From NCBI GenBank assembly GCA_020891255.1, contig BQFW01000013.1, positions 62,001-126,000 on the forward strand: 64,000 bases of DNA. The letters are read 5' to 3'. The notes beneath the pieces were generated by a model. It was not told the origin of the DNA. It did not search any database and saw only the letters and a program-made list of their open reading frames with translations. Both the position numbers and the translations under genes were made by a program. The stretch's first letter is position 1; each line of letters begins with the position of its first letter. The DNA is from Entomortierella parvispora E1425 (Eukaryota > Fungi > Mortierellomycota). Below, piece by piece: positions 61,988 through 64,000 of this stretch.

Positions 61988-64000
61988 TCAGTGCTCGTTA
62001 CGACTCGGAGTCGGGTGATGGACGGGGGGTTGATTCTTGTGAATGGAAGAGGACGACGTTTGTTCCTGTGAGCCGTCATTGGGAGCCGTTGAGGACGTTC
62101 CGTCCACGACACCCTCGCCTCCAACTTTGATGTTCTTGTTGTACGCGACCAAGCCACGGAGCATATTACCCAATCCTGCCATCGCTCCTGGTTTTACCAC
62201 CTTCTTGGATTCCTCGGTCGCACTGTTGCTGTGAGTGTGATCTCCAGCAGAAGAGGAGGAAGGGAGAGGTTCAGTTCCCAGAAAATCATGCTTGATGTTC
62301 ACATTCGGGGTCGGCGGTGTGAACGTCATGGCGGGCGACTCTAGCATACGGGCTCCTTGCATGCTTGCCTTTGACAATGTTGGCGGCGCAGAGACAGACG
62401 ATGATGACGATACTGAGAGAGAAGTAGTAGATGGAGGATGAATAGAGCCTCCTTGATGATCCAGAGACGGTCCTCTCATATTGTGACCATTGACATGATC
62501 TCTTGACTCAGACACCCCAAACGTTTCTCTTCCTCCCTCGCGCCAGTTAGAATCTGAACCGCCCGCCAATCGAGAAGGAGGAGCAGGGGCGGTCGTACCA
62601 TTAGCCGCAATAGCAGTAGAGGCGCCATACTTGCGATCCAAAGTCGGCGACGGTATGGGCGCCGCCGCAAGCGGGTGGGCGCCACCGGGCTGTCGCGCTT
62701 TTGATCCACTTCTGCTCTTGGAGGAATGACCGCCCTCGTTCCAGTGGCCATCTGAGCGTTGCCATCCCATAAAATCACTCTCTGTGCCACTAACGGGTCT
62801 AGGTGAAGCACCGCCCGCGTTACTGACTGATCGGCGCTCATGCCAGTGAGGCGGATGATAGACGTTGTCTCCTTTAGCACCTCCTCCAGAACCATCCTTC
62901 CCTTCCTGTAGTCTGTCCGTGAGTCGACTCTTCATTGGGGAAGTAGCCGTGGCGGCAGCAATGTCTGCTGGGGGTTCCAACGGGTGAATCAATTTAAATC
63001 CTGATGACCGATTCTGACGATCGTTTGAGTTGCCACCATTGCCGCCAGCCTGAGACCTCGTCTTTGGGATCATTGGTGTCGCCGGTGTTGAAGTAGAGCC
63101 AGTTGTTTGTCGCCAAGGCTGGTTCGTGGCATCCAAGCCCCGTAGGTCCACAAGACTTTTGTTTCGTTGTCCTGATAATTTAGAAATACCAGAAGCAGCG
63201 CCTGCCACAGGCATCATGGCAGCACTTCCAGAGTTGGTTTTGGCGTGTGTTCTCAACTGACTGTGCTCATACTTAGGTCCGTCTCTCGGAGTGTTGTCCT
63301 TCAGAGTGGGTTTGGCAGAGTCTGTATGGTTGGGCGGATTGTGTTGCTGAGACCAGGAGGGTCCATTGTCAAACACACTGCCAGATCGGCTCTGGTGACG
63401 CGATCTAGGCGCTCCTGCGTTACCAAAACCGCCACCACGCGCATTAGGGGGTGCTGGTGGAAGTGCAGAAGATCCAGTATTGGCAGGATATCGACCACGG
63501 CCCTGACGGTAACGTGGCGGTCGGAATTTGTTCTCTGCACGCGGTGGCAGTCCTCCAGGTCCGTCGTCTCTATCATCCATGCGGGTCCGAGCCCTTCCAG
63601 AGCCCGCCCGATAGCCATCTCCTCTATACCGGTCTGTGGACCCTTTGCGGACCTCTGAAATGTCGTCGGGGGTCCAGCTGCTTCCACGAGCATGATCGCC
63701 TCTCCAATTGTCCTTGCGGACTCCACTTGCATACGCCGCAGGATTAGATTCGGTAGATCGGAGGGGGCTGGGTCCAGCCCATCCACCTTGAAGTGATCGC
63801 TTGGGGATCACATAGATGCCTTGCTTATTGTTGGAACCCGATGGAAGATCCTTCGCCAAACCCAGATTCTTACTCTCGGGTTTGATAAACGGATTCGAAA
63901 TGGGCTGACCAGACTTTGAAGTGGGTGATTCCAAAGCGTGTGAGGTATCCGCGGTCGCAGGTTGGAGATTGGGTGCATTTGTCTTGAGTGGTGGAAAGAC
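61988..64000 (-). CDS. Uncharacterised low-complexity Gly/Ser/Arg/Pro-rich protein; 5' end outside the window
   Basis: Frame is open from the window end to the TGA at 61988 (>660 codons). No domain recognised. Confidence 0.7.
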   Translation of the reverse strand, partial: VFPPLKTNAPNLQPATADTSHALESPTSKSGQPISNPFIKPESKNLGLAKDLPSGSNNKQGIYVIPKRSLQGGWAGPSPLRSTESNPAAYASGVRKDNWRGDHARGSSWTPDDISEVRKGSTDRYRGDGYRAGSGRARTRMDDRDDGPGGLPPRAENKFRPPRYRQGRGRYPANTGSSALPPAPPNARGGGFGNAGAPRSRHQSRSGSVFDNGPSWSQQHNPPNHTDSAKPTLKDNTPRDGPKYEHSQLRTHAKTNSGSAAMMPVAGAASGISKLSGQRNKSLVDLRGLDATNQPWRQTTGSTSTPATPMIPKTRSQAGGNGGNSNDRQNRSSGFKLIHPLEPPADIAAATATSPMKSRLTDRLQEGKDGSGGGAKGDNVYHPPHWHERRSVSNAGGASPRPVSGTESDFMGWQRSDGHWNEGGHSSKSRSGSKARQPGGAHPLAAAPIPSPTLDRKYGASTAIAANGTTAPAPPSRLAGGSDSNWREGGRETFGVSESRDHVNGHNMRGPSLDHQGGSIHPPSTTSLSVSSSSSVSAPPTLSKASMQGARMLESPAMTFTPPTPNVNIKHDFLGTEPLPSSSSAGDHTHSNSATEESKKVVKPGAMAGLGNMLRGLVAYNKNIKVGGEGVVDGTSSTAPNDGSQEQTSSSSIHKNQPPVHHPTPSRNEH

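Noticed and set aside
1-64000. tRNA, rRNA, C/D snoRNA, CRISPR array, intact transposon, selenocysteine or stop-readthrough PTS1 signals
   Set aside because: By eye, T-loop-like motifs fell only inside CDSs and no paired C/D boxes, repeat-spacer arrays, TIR/LTR pairs or in-frame TGA were seen. The stop codons I checked had no SKL-type extension. A covariance-model search (Infernal/tRNAscan-SE) would be needed to exclude ncRNAs.

Overview
Eukaryotic, intron-containing fungal DNA. It most likely comes from an early-diverging Mucoromycota fungus (Mortierellaceae-like), inferred from gene content, ~50% GC, polyA/polyT tracts and Q/S-rich proteins. I rebuilt 20 protein-coding genes by hand from splice signals, checking exon phase. 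In order: PWP1 (3'-truncated), NDUFV2, a membrane-anchored GT5-like glycosyltransferase, an orphan tetraspan membrane protein, a Bet v1/SRPBCC protein, ETFDH, an NmrA-like protein, mitochondrial EF-Ts, a hotdog thioesterase, a bHLH-ZIP TF, a DUF4048/Tda11-like protein, a Crz1-like C2H2 TF, NHX1, MED4, NRD1/Seb1, NCB2, a FAR1-like (Mutator-derived) polyQ TF with 2.4 kb and 0.8 kb introns, ARC1 and a 5'-truncated low-complexity ORF. Housekeeping genes are tightly packed, while each TF has a 3.5-6.5 kb gene-free upstream region. I found no tRNA, rRNA, CRISPR array or intact transposon. The best lead is intron 2 of NRD1/Seb1, which hides a strong acceptor, a short in-frame terminal exon and an AATAAA; this is the layout expected for autoregulation by intronic polyadenylation. 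Other leads are the type II membrane GT5-like enzyme with an altered KxGGL motif, the domesticated MULE-type TF with a candidate poison exon, and two GC-AG introns. All of these are inferences from sequence alone.
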